Shown piece by piece: positions 1 through 10,089 of a stretch of DNA of 64,000 nt. Positions within the stretch are counted from its first letter, which is position 1; each line of letters opens with the position of its first letter. The stretch is from Steroidobacteraceae bacterium (lineage in GTDB: Bacteria; Pseudomonadota; Gammaproteobacteria; Steroidobacterales; Steroidobacteraceae), in the NCBI GenBank assembly GCA_035621995.1, contig DASPWF010000009.1:9945-73944 (forward strand), read 5' to 3'. The notes beneath the pieces were generated by a model. It was not told the DNA's origin and did not search any database. It saw only the letters and a list, made by a program, of their open reading frames with translations. Both the position numbers and the translations under genes were made by a program.

Positions 1-1878
1 AGGCGGCTGGCCCACGAGCGAGCTGGTGCGGTTGAAGCCGCCCGGGCGGAATCCCGTCGAGTACGTGTAATACGCCATGGCATCGGGAGTGATGTGCCAG
101 GTGAGATCGCCGCGCCAGCGCGTGCCGGTCTCGGTCTTCTCCAGGTTTATGGGAAAGCCGCAACCGCCTAAGTTGGTGCATGCCCCATTCGCGTGATTGA
201 GGAGGTTGGCCACCGCAATCTTTGAGGTGGTCTCGCTGTAGAACTCCGAACCCTCTTCGAACTCGTCGTAGTGGTACCAGCGGCCGCCCCCGGTCAGCGT
301 CAGTGTCTTCGGGATCAGGTCGAAATCGATGGAGGCAAAGAAGGCGGTCTGCTTATAGCCGCGCTGGGCGTCCTCGCCGAACGCCGTGTTCGCGCCCTCG
401 CGCAGGCTCGGATCGGTGGCGCGCGCGCCGTAGGCAAGTGGCACAGGTCCGACGGCGGATATGCAGGTCGCGCCACCGGCTGTGGCTGTCGCGAGATTGG
501 CCGGGTCGCACTGCGGAATAGCCATGTAGTTGAAGTTCATCTGGTCGTCGATGACGAACTTCTCCCAGAACGCGCCGGCCAGGCCGCGGATACGGTTGCT
601 CTGGTCCGTGCTGACGCGCAGCTCTTGGCTCTGGTGCTGGTTCTCGACGATATCCCGCCACGTGCCCACCGGGTCACCGCACTCGGTCGTCGTCGTCGGC
701 GCGTTGGGAAATTTTTTGGGGTTGAAGTACAGCGCATTCTCCCCGACGCAGCCGTAGTAGGAGCCGGAGACGCTGCGCAGGTAGTTCGAGTAGTCCTGCT
801 GCCCGTCGATGTGCCGGACCATGTAGCTGCCGGTATAAACGGCGTCCAGGCCGGCAAAATGACCATTGAGCGTCCAGGCCGTGCTCTCGTACTTGTCCTT
901 GGTCCAGGCCGGCGTGAACGCGGTGATCTGGTATTGCTGCAGAGTCTGGCCGTCCGGGGCCGTGGGATAGGTGTAGAAGTAGCCGTCGGCCTCCATGTCC
1001 TGGTAGTTCTGCTGGATGAGGAAATTCCAGTCGTCGCTGATCTTCCACAGCAGCGAGACGCGCATTCCCTGGTAGTCGACCGGGTTGGTGTTGTTCTCAA
1101 TGAGGCCGGCGTTGTTGGCGATGGGGTTCGTACCGCCCTTGACCATCGGCGAATCCGGAAGGTAGGCGATCGTTCCCGGCACATTGTCGATGTAGCCGCC
1201 CTGGCGCTCGGAGAAGATCACCGCGCGGACCGCCAGGGTATTGGTGATCAGCGGTATGTTGAGTACGGCGTTGAGCTGTGTGTTGGGGTCGCCACCGTTG
1301 GCGGTAATGCCATACCCGGCGTTGAATTCGCCCGACGTCACGTCCAGCTTCGGCTTGTTGGTGATGTAGCGAATGGCGCCCGCCTCGGCACCGCCGCCGA
1401 AGAGCGTGCCCTGAGGTCCCTCGAGGACCTCGATACGCTCTAGGTCGACCACGTAGGGATCGTTGTTGCGGGCCGGGAACTGCATCGACTGGTCATCGAG
1501 ATACAGCGCGACGTTGGGGAATGCAGCCGTGGTCGACTGCGACTGGTTACCCGAGCCGATGCCGCCCATACCGCGCATGAAGATGTTGCCGGTCCCCGGG
1601 CCGTTGCCGCTGTAGGTCACGTTCGGCGTGTACTTCAGCAGGTCGTTGAAGTTCGTGACGTTGAGCTGCTGCAGCTGCTCGCCGGTGATCGCCTGCACCG
1701 TGATGGGCACGTCCTGGATGTTTTCCGTGCGGCGCTCCGCGGTGACGGTCACTTCCGTCAACTCACCGGTCGTGGCCGTGGCGGTCGCGGCATCGCCGGG
1801 CGCTGCAAGGACCACCGTGGTGCTCGAGGCGCCTAAGATTGCCGCAACAGCCGCAGAGATCTTCGGATTAGGCTTCAT
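1..1878 (-). CDS. TonB-dependent outer-membrane receptor (N-terminal ~626 codons; C-terminus runs off the left edge)
   Basis: It is absent from the ORF track because it is open at position 1. My own translation starts from the ATG at 1878..1876. It gives MKPNPKISAAVAAILGASSTTVVLAAPG (signal peptide), then the plug/barrel motifs ENIQDVPITVQAITGEQL, NIFMRGMG and IERIEVLEGPQGTLFGGGAEAGAIRYITNKP. The listed + ORF 271..1443 is its antisense shadow. Confidence 0.85.
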   Translation of the reverse strand, partial: MKPNPKISAAVAAILGASSTTVVLAAPGDAATATATTGELTEVTVTAERRTENIQDVPITVQAITGEQLQQLNVTNFNDLLKYTPNVTYSGNGPGTGNIFMRGMGGIGSGNQSQSTTAAFPNVALYLDDQSMQFPARNNDPYVVDLERIEVLEGPQGTLFGGGAEAGAIRYITNKPKLDVTSGEFNAGYGITANGGDPNTQLNAVLNIPLITNTLAVRAVIFSERQGGYIDNVPGTIAYLPDSPMVKGGTNPIANNAGLIENNTNPVDYQGMRVSLLWKISDDWNFLIQQNYQDMEADGYFYTYPTAPDGQTLQQYQITAFTPAWTKDKYESTAWTLNGHFAGLDAVYTGSYMVRHIDGQQDYSNYLRSVSGSYYGCVGENALYFNPKKFPNAPTTTTECGDPVGTWRDIVENQHQSQELRVSTDQSNRIRGLAGAFWEKFVIDDQMNFNYMAIPQCDPANLATATAGGATCISAVGPVPLAYGARATDPSLREGANTAFGEDAQRGYKQTAFFASIDFDLIPKTLTLTGGGRWYHYDEFEEGSEFYSETTSKIAVANLLNHANGACTNLGGCGFPINLEKTETGTRWRGDLTWHITPDAMAYYTYSTGFRPGGFNRTSSLVGQPP

Positions 1879-1985
1879 TCGCATTGCTCCCCTGCGGGTC
1901 TGGTTGTAACTGTTTCAATTCGCCCCACTCGAACGCACCCACCTGCCAGGCGGCTCCCCATATGACTTTTATACCACTCGCCCGG

Positions 1986-2007
1986 GACGCGCTTGAATAA
2001 ACGCGTC
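1986..2007. promoter_or_regulatory. Inverted repeat gacgcg-N10-cgcgtc in the divergent TonB-receptor/glpK intergenic region
   Basis: The 6-bp arms are perfect (1986..1991 and 2002..2007). It lies in the locally AT-richer 1879..2376 spacer. Its function is unknown. Confidence 0.2.
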
Positions 2008-2376
2008 ATCGCCGCATTGCACCTCCGCTGCGAGGCCGCCCAACGACGGCCGTACGGCGCGAGGCTCTCCCCGTTATCTCTAGCTTTTCACACGCGACAT
2101 GGTGCTCAAAGCCTAGAAAATGAATACTCCCATCTCAAAAAGGGATTGAGCGCGGTATGCGTGTCCTGCGCACTCTACGAAGCTTTTACGACAGTTTTGT
2201 GAAAATACACCGGCCTGGCCTGCCGCGCGGACCAATGGCCGTGTTCCGCGCTGCTGTTGCGCCGATACATCACCCAATTGTCACCGCGCGGCTATCGCGA
2301 GCTCGGCCAGCCGCCATCGCATTGTCACCGCCACGCGCTTGATCGCGCCGGCCGAGTGGGCGAGGCTCGTGAGCGC

Positions 2377-3882
2377 ATGACGCGAGCGATGCGTGTACTT
2401 GCCATCGACCAGGGTACGACCTCGACGCGTGCGATCGTCTTCGATGAGCAGGCACGCGCCGTCGCCATCGCGCGGCGCACGCTCGAGCAGCACTATCCGG
2501 CCGCCGGTTGGGTGGAGCACGACCCCGAGGACATCTGGCGCGATACGCTCGCCACGGTGCGCGAGGTGCTCGCCCGCAGCGAGGTCGGCGGTGCCGAGCG
2601 CATCGCGGCACTTGGCATCACCAACCAGCGCGAGACGGCCCTCATCTGGGATCGCGTCACCGGCGAGCCGATTCACCGCGCCATCGTCTGGCAGGACCGG
2701 CGGACCGCGGAGGCCTGCGCGGCGCTCAAGGCCGCCGGCGCGGAGGCGCTGGTGCGGGCGAAGACCGGCCTCCTCCTCGACCCTTACTTCTCGGCCACGA
2801 AGATCGCCTGGATGCTCGATCACGTCGCCGACGCCCGCGCGCGCGCTGAGCGCGGCGAGCTTGCCTTCGGCACGATCGACACCTTCCTCCTGTGGCGCCT
2901 CACGGGTGGGCGAGTCCACGCGACCGACGTCACCAACGCCTCGCGGACGCTCCTCTTCGACATTTACCGGCAGCACTGGGACGAGGAGCTGCTGCGGCTC
3001 CTGGGCGTGCCGCGCGCACTGCTCCCCGAGGTGCGCGACAGCAGCGAGGTGTACGGCCACACCGAGCCTGCGCTCTTCGGCCGTGCGCTGCCGATCGGCG
3101 GCATCGCCGGCGATCAGCAGGCGGCCCTCATCGGCCAGGCCTGCTTCCGTTCGGGAATGGTGAAGTCCACCTATGGCACCGGCTGCTTCCTGCTGCTCAA
3201 CACCGGCGAGGTCGCGGTCGCCTCGGCGAACCGCATGCTCACGACCTGCGCCTATCGGATCCGGGCACGCACCACCTATGCGCTCGAGGGGTCGATTTTT
3301 GTGGCGGGTGCTGCGATCCAGTGGCTGCGCGACTCGCTCAAGGTAATCGCCAATGCCGCGGAGACCGCGGACATCGCCGCCCGGGTTCCCGACGATCACG
3401 GGCTTTACCTCGTGCCCGCATTCGTCGGGCTCGGTGCCCCGTACTGGCAGCCGAACGCGCGCGGGCTGATCTGCGGCCTGACGCTCGATGCGACGCGCGA
3501 GCACCTCACGCGCGCAGCGCTCGAGTCGGTCGCCTACCAGACACTCGACCTCACCGAGGCGATGCAGCGCGACGGCGCCGAGCGCATGCAGGGCATACGC
3601 GTCGATGGCGGCATGGCCGCCAACGACTGGTTGTGCCAGTTCCTCGCCGACATCCTCGAGGTGCGCGTCGAGCGTCCGGTGGAGCTCGAGACCACCGCGC
3701 TCGGCGCCGCTTTCCTCGCCGGACTCGCCACCGGGGTGTGGCAGAGCCTCGAGTCGGTTGCTGATACCTGGAGCACCGCGGCGATCTTTGCACCCGCCAT
3801 GAGCCCGGTGCGTCGTGCGACGCTCATCGCCGGCTGGCGCAACGCCGTCGAGCGCGCGCTGCTCTTCGCCACTGCGAGCTGA
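2377..3882 (+). CDS. glpK: Glycerol kinase
   Basis: The sequence [24 protein letters not shown]...[11 protein letters not shown]...[11 protein letters not shown]...IVWQDRRT...GTGCFLL is colinear with GlpK. The track ORF starts at a TTG at 2257. I prefer the ATG at 2377 (alternative 2389) from the N-terminal length of known GlpK. Confidence 0.93.
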   Translation: MTRAMRVLAIDQGTTSTRAIVFDEQARAVAIARRTLEQHYPAAGWVEHDPEDIWRDTLATVREVLARSEVGGAERIAALGITNQRETALIWDRVTGEPIHRAIVWQDRRTAEACAALKAAGAEALVRAKTGLLLDPYFSATKIAWMLDHVADARARAERGELAFGTIDTFLLWRLTGGRVHATDVTNASRTLLFDIYRQHWDEELLRLLGVPRALLPEVRDSSEVYGHTEPALFGRALPIGGIAGDQQAALIGQACFRSGMVKSTYGTGCFLLLNTGEVAVASANRMLTTCAYRIRARTTYALEGSIFVAGAAIQWLRDSLKVIANAAETADIAARVPDDHGLYLVPAFVGLGAPYWQPNARGLICGLTLDATREHLTRAALESVAYQTLDLTEAMQRDGAERMQGIRVDGGMAANDWLCQFLADILEVRVERPVELETTALGAAFLAGLATGVWQSLESVADTWSTAAIFAPAMSPVRRATLIAGWRNAVERALLFATAS

Positions 3883-3905
3883 GGCCACGGTGCGCGCGGG
3901 CGCCG

Positions 3906-4448
3906 TCAATCCGGGTCGAGATCCCTCAGCGTCTCGCGGATCCACGCGAGCACGTGGGGCAGCAGGGCACGATCCACCACGAGCAGCGTCTCATTCGCCC
4001 GCAAGGAGAGTGCGAGCACCGGTACATCGGCCATACGGCTGCGTCGCGCCTCGCCCGGAGCCGGGACCGAGGCCGTGCCGCCGAGACGACAGAGAAGATC
4101 CGGGGTTCGGGGACCGGCGAGACGCAGCACCTTGAGCCCCCCGGTCAGCTCGACGAGGCACCCATCGTCCATGCCCGCGAGCTGCGTGGCGAGCGCGCCG
4201 AGCCGCGCAGCGTCGGCGGTGAGGCACAGCGTTTCCGTCGGCGCGCGCCAGGCGAGAATCATGCCCGGCGGGTGCGTCTCGCGCGCGCGCAGCGCCTCTG
4301 GGAGCATCAAACCGGTGGTGTCGCGCACGGCGGCAGCGAGCGCTCCGGCGGGCGTGAAATAGCGCAGTGTCGCGACCGCCATCGCCTCCTCCGAAACCGC
4401 AACGCCTGCGTGCGCGATTCGCTCCGATGTGCGCGTGTGCTCAGCCAT
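3906..4448 (-). CDS. soxG: Sarcosine oxidase gamma subunit
   Basis: It is the last gene of the soxBDAG order and overlaps the soxA stop by 8 nt. At 180 aa it has the typical size and position. The family call rests mainly on operon context. Confidence 0.75.
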   Translation of the reverse strand: MAEHTRTSERIAHAGVAVSEEAMAVATLRYFTPAGALAAAVRDTTGLMLPEALRARETHPPGMILAWRAPTETLCLTADAARLGALATQLAGMDDGCLVELTGGLKVLRLAGPRTPDLLCRLGGTASVPAPGEARRSRMADVPVLALSLRANETLLVVDRALLPHVLAWIRETLRDLDPD

Positions 4449-7359
4449 GCACGCGCTCGCCTGCAGGGTCGATGAAAGGTGTTCTCACCACCTCGGCCGC
4501 CGTCGTGACGCCGAGGTAGTGCACTTGTACGCGCTCGCCCGTACGCCGCGAGCCGTCGGCGAGGAGTGCCAGCGCGACGGGGTGGCCGAGCTCGGGACTG
4601 AGACAGCTCGAGGTGACGCGCCCCTCGATAGACCCGGGCGGTGGATGCGGCGCGATATGCGCACCCACCTCGAGCGGGGTGCGGCCGTCGACGGGCCTGA
4701 GACCCACGAGCTGCAGACGCCGCGCGTCGCGCGCCACCGGGCGCAGCAGCGAGCGCCGCCCAACGAAGGCCTCGGCCTTGCGCTCGATCCCCCGCGCCAG
4801 TCCCACATCCTGCGGCAGCGTCGTGCCGTCGGTGTCGGTACCGATGTGAAGGTAGCCCTTCTCGATGCGTAGTACCTGCAGGGCCTCGATCCCGTAGAGC
4901 GTGGCGCGCACTTGCTCATGTCGCTCCCACAGCCGCTCGAGCAGGCGGCCCGCGTGATCGGCCGGCAGATTCACCTCGTAGCCAAGCTCGCCGCTGAAGC
5001 TCGCCCGCAGCACGCGCAGCGGCACGCCGTCGAGGACGCTCTCGCGCAGGGTCATGTGCCGCATGGCGGCGGGCGACAGTTGAGACTCGAGCCCGCACGC
5101 CTCGAGCCAGTGCCAGGCGCGCGGCCCCGCGACCGTCACGTTGGCCCAGCGCGAGGTCACGGGTGTGACCAGCACCCTGAGATTGAGGAACTCGCACTGC
5201 AGCCATTCCTCGAAGGCCGCGGCCGTCCGCTCGGCACCTGCGGTGGTCGTGTTGACCCAGAAGTGTCGGGGACCCAGGCGCGCGACGATCCCGTCATCGA
5301 CCAACGTTCCGTGCTCGTTGAGCAACACCCCGTAGCGCGCCTGCCCGACGGCAAGCGTCGAGAAAGTGCCGACGTACATCAGGTCGAGGAAGCGTGCCGC
5401 ATCCGGGCCGAACACCTCGAGCTTGCCGAGCGGCGAGCCGTCGAAGAGTCCCGCGCGCTGCCGCACCGCCGCCGCCTCGCGTTGCGCCGCCGCCTCGGGG
5501 GATTCCCCGGGGAGCGGGTATGCGGCCGGACGGCGCCAGTCTCCGTAGGTCTCAAACAGCGCGCCGTGCGAGGCGTGCCAGGCCTGCGCCGGCAGCTCCC
5601 GCAGCGGGCGGTAGAGGCTGCCCACCCGCCGCCCGGCAATCGCCCCGAGCGTGACCGGAGCGAAGGGTGGGCGAAAGCGCGTGGTGCCGAGTTGCCCGGG
5701 CGCCTCACCCGAGGACAACCCCATGACGAGGAGCGCATTCACGTTGCTCGTCTTGCCCTGGTCGGTGCCCATGCCCGTCGTGGTGTAGCGCTTGAGGTGC
5801 TCGACCGAGCGGTAGTTCTCGCGCGCGGCGAGCTCGACGTCTCCAACCGTCACATCGTTCTGCAGGTCGATGAAGTGCCGGCCGCGCACGCCGGGTGCGT
5901 GCGGGAGACCCTGCGAAGGGATGCCGGTGCACGCAGGCGGCGGGGGCGGTCTGCCGCCACGCCCGAGGGCTTCGCCTGCCGCAGCGGCATGCTCGCGCGC
6001 ACTCGCGCGTGCGAAAACCCCGGCACAGGCACCGACGCTCGTGAGGCCGGGCGCCGCGCCGTCGGGGACGAACATCGCAGCCGACTCGTCCCAACGCAGC
6101 CGTCCGCCCGCCTGCGAATGCAGGTGTACGGCCGGCGCGAAGCCTGCCGTGCTGAGAATGAGGTCGCAAGCGAGTCGGTCGGCCCGGGTGCGCGATGCAC
6201 CTCGCGCCGCCGTCGCCGTGACTGCGCAGCCCCGCACCGCGCGAGCCCCGAAGACGGCCGTCACCGCTGAGTCCGTCATGACGCGCAGACCGCACGTGTC
6301 GGCGTCTTGTCCCCCTTGCGAACGGCGGTCGACGACCGCGACGATCTCGAGCCCGGCGCCGCGCAGTCGCTGTGCGAGCCCATAGGCCGCATCGCTCGCG
6401 GCCGCGATGAGCACGCGCCGCCCGCAGGCGACGCCGTAAGCGGTCAGGTACTTCAGCGCCGCGCCCGCCAGCATGACGCCGGGGCGATCGTTGTCGGGAA
6501 AGACGAGCGGACGCTCGAAAGCACCGGCCGCCGCGATCACCGCGCGGGCGCGGATCTTCCACAGCCGCTCGCGCAGCACGCCTGCCTGCTCTGCCGCGCG
6601 CTGCTTCAAACTGACGCTCTCGCACGCACAGACCAGGTTATGGTCGTAGTGGCCGAAGGCGAGCGTGCGCAGCAGGATGCGCACGCCGAGATCCCGGGCC
6701 GATGAGGCGAGCTGCTCCACCTCGGGATCGGCGCATGCGGCGAGTGCGCCACCGAGGTGTGCCCCGCTCGTCAACAGCATGGTGTGGGCGCCGGCGCGCG
6801 CCGCTGCCACCGCCGCGGCGAGACCTGCGATCCCGCCACCCACCACGAGCACGTCGCACTCGGCCGCGATCTCCTCGTAGCGATCCGGATCGGCGTCGGT
6901 GGGGGCGCGACCCATGCCGGCCATGCGGCGGATGGCCGGCTCGAACGTCTTCCAATTCGGCCACTTGAATGTCTTGTAGTAAAAGCCCGCGGGCAGCAGC
7001 GGCGCAAAGAGCCCGGTGAGCGCACCCAGGTCGAACCCCACGGATGGCCAGCAGTTGACGCTGCGCGCAGTGAGTCCCTCGTCCAGTGGCATGAGTGTCG
7101 CGCGCACGTTCGGCGTGTAGCGCGCCCCGTCGCCCACATCGACGAGCGTGCCCGGCTCCTCGAGCCCGCAGGACCAGATGCCGCGCGGGCGATGGAGCTT
7201 GAAGCTGCGTCCGGTGAGGCGCACCCCGTTTGCGAGCAGCGCCGAGGCGAGGGTGTCGCCCGCGAAACCGCTCAGTGCCCGTCCATTGAAGCGGAAGTTC
7301 AGAACCCGCGAGCGATCGATCCAGGCCCCGGCCGGTGTATCCAAGCGATGGCTCGACAC
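4441..7359 (-). CDS. soxA: Sarcosine oxidase alpha subunit
   Basis: It is 972 aa. The N-terminus reads RFNGRALSGFAGDTLASALLANGVRLTGRSFKLHRPRGIWSCGLEEP, followed by a Rossmann motif VLVVGGGIAGLAAA and a C-terminal aminomethyltransferase-like (GcvT-type) region. Confidence 0.92.
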   Translation of the reverse strand: MSSHRLDTPAGAWIDRSRVLNFRFNGRALSGFAGDTLASALLANGVRLTGRSFKLHRPRGIWSCGLEEPGTLVDVGDGARYTPNVRATLMPLDEGLTARSVNCWPSVGFDLGALTGLFAPLLPAGFYYKTFKWPNWKTFEPAIRRMAGMGRAPTDADPDRYEEIAAECDVLVVGGGIAGLAAAVAAARAGAHTMLLTSGAHLGGALAACADPEVEQLASSARDLGVRILLRTLAFGHYDHNLVCACESVSLKQRAAEQAGVLRERLWKIRARAVIAAAGAFERPLVFPDNDRPGVMLAGAALKYLTAYGVACGRRVLIAAASDAAYGLAQRLRGAGLEIVAVVDRRSQGGQDADTCGLRVMTDSAVTAVFGARAVRGCAVTATAARGASRTRADRLACDLILSTAGFAPAVHLHSQAGGRLRWDESAAMFVPDGAAPGLTSVGACAGVFARASAREHAAAAGEALGRGGRPPPPPACTGIPSQGLPHAPGVRGRHFIDLQNDVTVGDVELAARENYRSVEHLKRYTTTGMGTDQGKTSNVNALLVMGLSSGEAPGQLGTTRFRPPFAPVTLGAIAGRRVGSLYRPLRELPAQAWHASHGALFETYGDWRRPAAYPLPGESPEAAAQREAAAVRQRAGLFDGSPLGKLEVFGPDAARFLDLMYVGTFSTLAVGQARYGVLLNEHGTLVDDGIVARLGPRHFWVNTTTAGAERTAAAFEEWLQCEFLNLRVLVTPVTSRWANVTVAGPRAWHWLEACGLESQLSPAAMRHMTLRESVLDGVPLRVLRASFSGELGYEVNLPADHAGRLLERLWERHEQVRATLYGIEALQVLRIEKGYLHIGTDTDGTTLPQDVGLARGIERKAEAFVGRRSLLRPVARDARRLQLVGLRPVDGRTPLEVGAHIAPHPPPGSIEGRVTSSCLSPELGHPVALALLADGSRRTGERVQVHYLGVTTAAEVVRTPFIDPAGERVHG

Positions 7360-7374
7360 GCGGACCTCGTCGCC

Positions 7375-7647
7375 TCAGCGAAGCGCGGGTGGCGCCGCGC
7401 TGATCGAGTACACAGCGAGGACCTCGTGCGTCACCGTATGGCGCGCGACGTTGAACCACAGCCCGCACCCGTAGCTGTGTCGCCAGCGCTCGAGCAGCAC
7501 CCCCTTCGGATTGTCACGAAAGAAAAGGTACGCACCCCATTCCACATCGCTCGCCGCGAGACCGGGGCGGGCGATGTGCGTCGTGCCTCCGCACACGAAC
7601 TCCGCTTCGTCGCGGCGACCGCAGCAGGGGCACTCGAGCTGCATCAT
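7375..7647 (-). CDS. soxD: Sarcosine oxidase delta subunit
   Basis: It is 90 aa, with MMQLECPCCGRRDEAEFVCGG...WGAYLFFRDNPKG...ERWRHSYGCGLWFN (zinc-binding Cys pattern of SoxD). It sits between soxB and soxA. Confidence 0.9.
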   Translation of the reverse strand: MMQLECPCCGRRDEAEFVCGGTTHIARPGLAASDVEWGAYLFFRDNPKGVLLERWRHSYGCGLWFNVARHTVTHEVLAVYSISAAPPALR

Positions 7648-7666
7648 GCCGCCCTACTCTCGCCGC

Positions 7667-8917
7667 TCAGTGCGCGATGCCCGACGCCGCCGCCTCGTCG
7701 ATGAGGCGGCCGCTCGTGAAGCGCTCGAGCTGAAACGGCTCGGCGAGCTCGTGGCTCTCGCCGGTGGCAAGCACGTGGGCCAGCAGCCAGCCGCCTGCGG
7801 GTATGGCCTTGAAGCCGCCCGTACCCCAGCCGCAGTTGATGTACAGCCCCGGCACCGGAGTCGGTCCGATGATCGGGCTCGAATCGTGCACCACGTCGAC
7901 GATACCCGCCCACTGGCGCAGCAGCCGCAGGCGGCTGAAAGACGGAAACATGGCGAGCGTGGCGGCAACGACGCTCTGCAGCACCGCGAAGCTGCCGCGC
8001 TGCGCATAGGAGGCAAACAGGTCGAGGCTGCCGCCGATCACCATCTCGCCCTTGTCCGACTGGCTGACGTAGGCGCCGGTACCCGGGGAGATCACCACCG
8101 TGTCGAGCCGCGGCTTGAGCGGCTCGGTAACCATCGCCTGGAGCGCGTAGCTCGTCACCGGCAGACGAAAGCCGGCAAGCGCAGCGAGCACCGAGCTGTG
8201 CCCGGCCGCGGCGATACCGATCCGCTCGGCGGCGATCGGTCCGCGGTTGGTATCGACGCCGACGATGCGACCGCCGCGGCCGCGGAGGAAGCCGGTGACC
8301 TCGCAGTGCTGCAGGATGTCCACCCCGAGCGCATCGGCGGCGCGCGCATAGCCCCATGCCACCGCGTCGTGTCGCGCGGTGCCGGCGCGGGGCTGCAGAA
8401 AGCCGCCCAGCACCGGATAGCGCGCCGCGGGCGACAGGTCGAGCGCAGGGACGAGCTGGCCCACCGCCTCACGCGTGAGCAGCTCGGCATCGATGCCGTT
8501 CATGTGCATCGCGTTGACCCAGCGTGCCATGGACTCGAGGTCGTGGCGGCTGTGCGCGAGCATCACATGACCGCGCTGGCTCAGCATGACGTTGAAGTTG
8601 AGCTCACGCGAGAGGCCTTCGTAGAGCTTCAGCGAGAAGTCGTAGAGCCGCGCGCTCTCGGGAAAGAGGTAGTTCGAGCGCACCACGGTGGTGTTGCGCC
8701 CGGTGTTGCCCCCTCCGAGCCAGCCGCGCTCGAGGACGGCGACGTTCGTAATGCCGTGATTCTTCGCCAGGTAGTAGGCGGCGGCGAGTCCGTGCCCGCC
8801 CCCGCCCACGATCACTACGTCGTAGGCTGCTCTGGGCTCGGGCGAACGCCACGCAGGCCTCCAATTACGGTGCCCCGTGAGCGCCCCACGCACCAGGGCG
8901 AGCGCCGAGTACCTCAC
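7667..8917 (-). CDS. soxB: Sarcosine oxidase beta subunit
   Basis: It is 416 aa with a GTG start. The sequence RYSALALVRGALTGHRNWRPAWRSPEPRAAYDVVIVGGGGHGLAAAYYLAKNHG is the typical SoxB N-terminus and FAD fold. Confidence 0.92.
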   Translation of the reverse strand: MRYSALALVRGALTGHRNWRPAWRSPEPRAAYDVVIVGGGGHGLAAAYYLAKNHGITNVAVLERGWLGGGNTGRNTTVVRSNYLFPESARLYDFSLKLYEGLSRELNFNVMLSQRGHVMLAHSRHDLESMARWVNAMHMNGIDAELLTREAVGQLVPALDLSPAARYPVLGGFLQPRAGTARHDAVAWGYARAADALGVDILQHCEVTGFLRGRGGRIVGVDTNRGPIAAERIGIAAAGHSSVLAALAGFRLPVTSYALQAMVTEPLKPRLDTVVISPGTGAYVSQSDKGEMVIGGSLDLFASYAQRGSFAVLQSVVAATLAMFPSFSRLRLLRQWAGIVDVVHDSSPIIGPTPVPGLYINCGWGTGGFKAIPAGGWLLAHVLATGESHELAEPFQLERFTSGRLIDEAAASGIAH

Positions 8918-8925
8918 GGAGCGCC

Positions 8926-10065
8926 TTAGAGCTTCGCGCGGTAGTCGGTCTGGATCTTGCGGATCTTGCTGTCGGTACCGAAGAACGCGTGCCGCGACAT
9001 GTCGGCGCTGAAGCGACTCGCCGGCGGGTGCCGGCCGAGACTCTCGGCGAGCGCGCGGATGTGATGCGGACCTGCCCCGCAGCAGACCCCGAGGTAGCGG
9101 ATTCCCTGCGCGAACGCCTCGCGCCCGAAGTCGAAGATCTCCTGGCGCGTGCAGAGGAACGGATCGAGGCCCACGGGGAAGGCGCGTGCGTCGCCACGGC
9201 AGGGGTCGGTGAGCGACATGAAAGAGGGCTGCTCCGGCGTCGTGCGATAGGGCACGGGGAGCGCGGCGACGTCACACTTGACCGCCGCGCGGATCTCGCG
9301 CAGGAGCGGCATCATGGTCCTCGGCCCACGGTGGCAGTTGATGCCGACCACGTCCGCCCCTGCAGCCTCGAGACGACGACAGGCTTCGGCCGCCGTAAAC
9401 CCGTCGCGCGTCAGGATCTCGCGATGGATGGCGAGCGTGATGACCGCCGGCACCTTCGAGTACTTGCGAATCGCCTCGAGCGCCATCAGCGCCTCGCCGA
9501 CCCAGGCGATGGTCTCGGCGACGAAGTAGTCGACGCCCGCCTCCACCGCCCAACCGACCTGCTCGGCATAGATGCGCTCGACCTCGCGGATCGAGCTCTT
9601 GTCGGCCGGATCATAGACGTTGGTGTTGCAGATATCGCCCGCGAACAGCGTGCCGGTGCGGCGCGCGACCTTCTTCGCGATCGCGAGGGCCGCGCGATTC
9701 ATCGGCACCAGGTCTTTCTCGCGGCCGATGACGCGCAGCTTCTCGCGGTGCACGTAGTAGGTGAGCGCCTGCGTCACGTCCGACCCGGCGTGCACCAGAT
9801 CCATGTGCAGCTGCTCGACCACCTCGGGATGATCGAACAGCACCTCGGGAACGAACGCTCCGGCCTGCAGGTAGCCACGCCGCTCGAGCTCGAACACGTA
9901 GCCCTCAGCGCAGATCACCGCTCCGTCCTTGAGCCGTGCCAGCAGGTCGCGCCCGCCCGCCTCGACCGTGGATGGACCGCGGCGTGCGCTCGCGCGCGCG
10001 CTCGGCGCCTTCTTGGCGCCGCTCGTGGCGCGTTTTCTGCTCTTGGCTTTGGCCCTGGCTGCCAT
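8926..10065 (-). CDS. Betaine-homocysteine S-methyltransferase-type (Hcy-binding domain) enzyme with a basic N-terminal tail
   Basis: LLARLKDGAVICAEGYVFELERRGYLQAGAFVPEV...HPEVVEQLH aligns with the BHMT N-terminus. The zinc-ligand blocks GINCH and GVCCGAGPHHIRA are present. I take the ATG at 10065, which has GGAGA 7 nt upstream. The track ORF extends to 10101. Confidence 0.85.
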   Translation of the reverse strand: MAARAKAKSRKRATSGAKKAPSARASARRGPSTVEAGGRDLLARLKDGAVICAEGYVFELERRGYLQAGAFVPEVLFDHPEVVEQLHMDLVHAGSDVTQALTYYVHREKLRVIGREKDLVPMNRAALAIAKKVARRTGTLFAGDICNTNVYDPADKSSIREVERIYAEQVGWAVEAGVDYFVAETIAWVGEALMALEAIRKYSKVPAVITLAIHREILTRDGFTAAEACRRLEAAGADVVGINCHRGPRTMMPLLREIRAAVKCDVAALPVPYRTTPEQPSFMSLTDPCRGDARAFPVGLDPFLCTRQEIFDFGREAFAQGIRYLGVCCGAGPHHIRALAESLGRHPPASRFSADMSRHAFFGTDSKIRKIQTDYRAKL

Positions 10066-10089
10066 GCTGGTCTCCGTCGGTGTGAGAGC

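Noticed and set aside
1879-2200. A possible cobalamin or other riboswitch in the leader of the TonB-dependent receptor.
   Set aside because: I saw no B12-box-like GCCACTG element or other recognisable riboswitch core on the minus strand. There is only a short inverted repeat. An Rfam scan would settle it.
4912-6270. A 452-aa plus-strand ORF, along with many similar long ORFs such as 271..1443, 2281..3945, 8989..10128, 10503..11684, 36830..38833, 39781..41535 and 46672..48345.
   Set aside because: All lie antisense or out of frame to genes with clear family signatures. Their translations are Arg/Ala/Pro/Gly-rich with no motifs. They are the expected stop-poor shadow frames of a high-GC genome.
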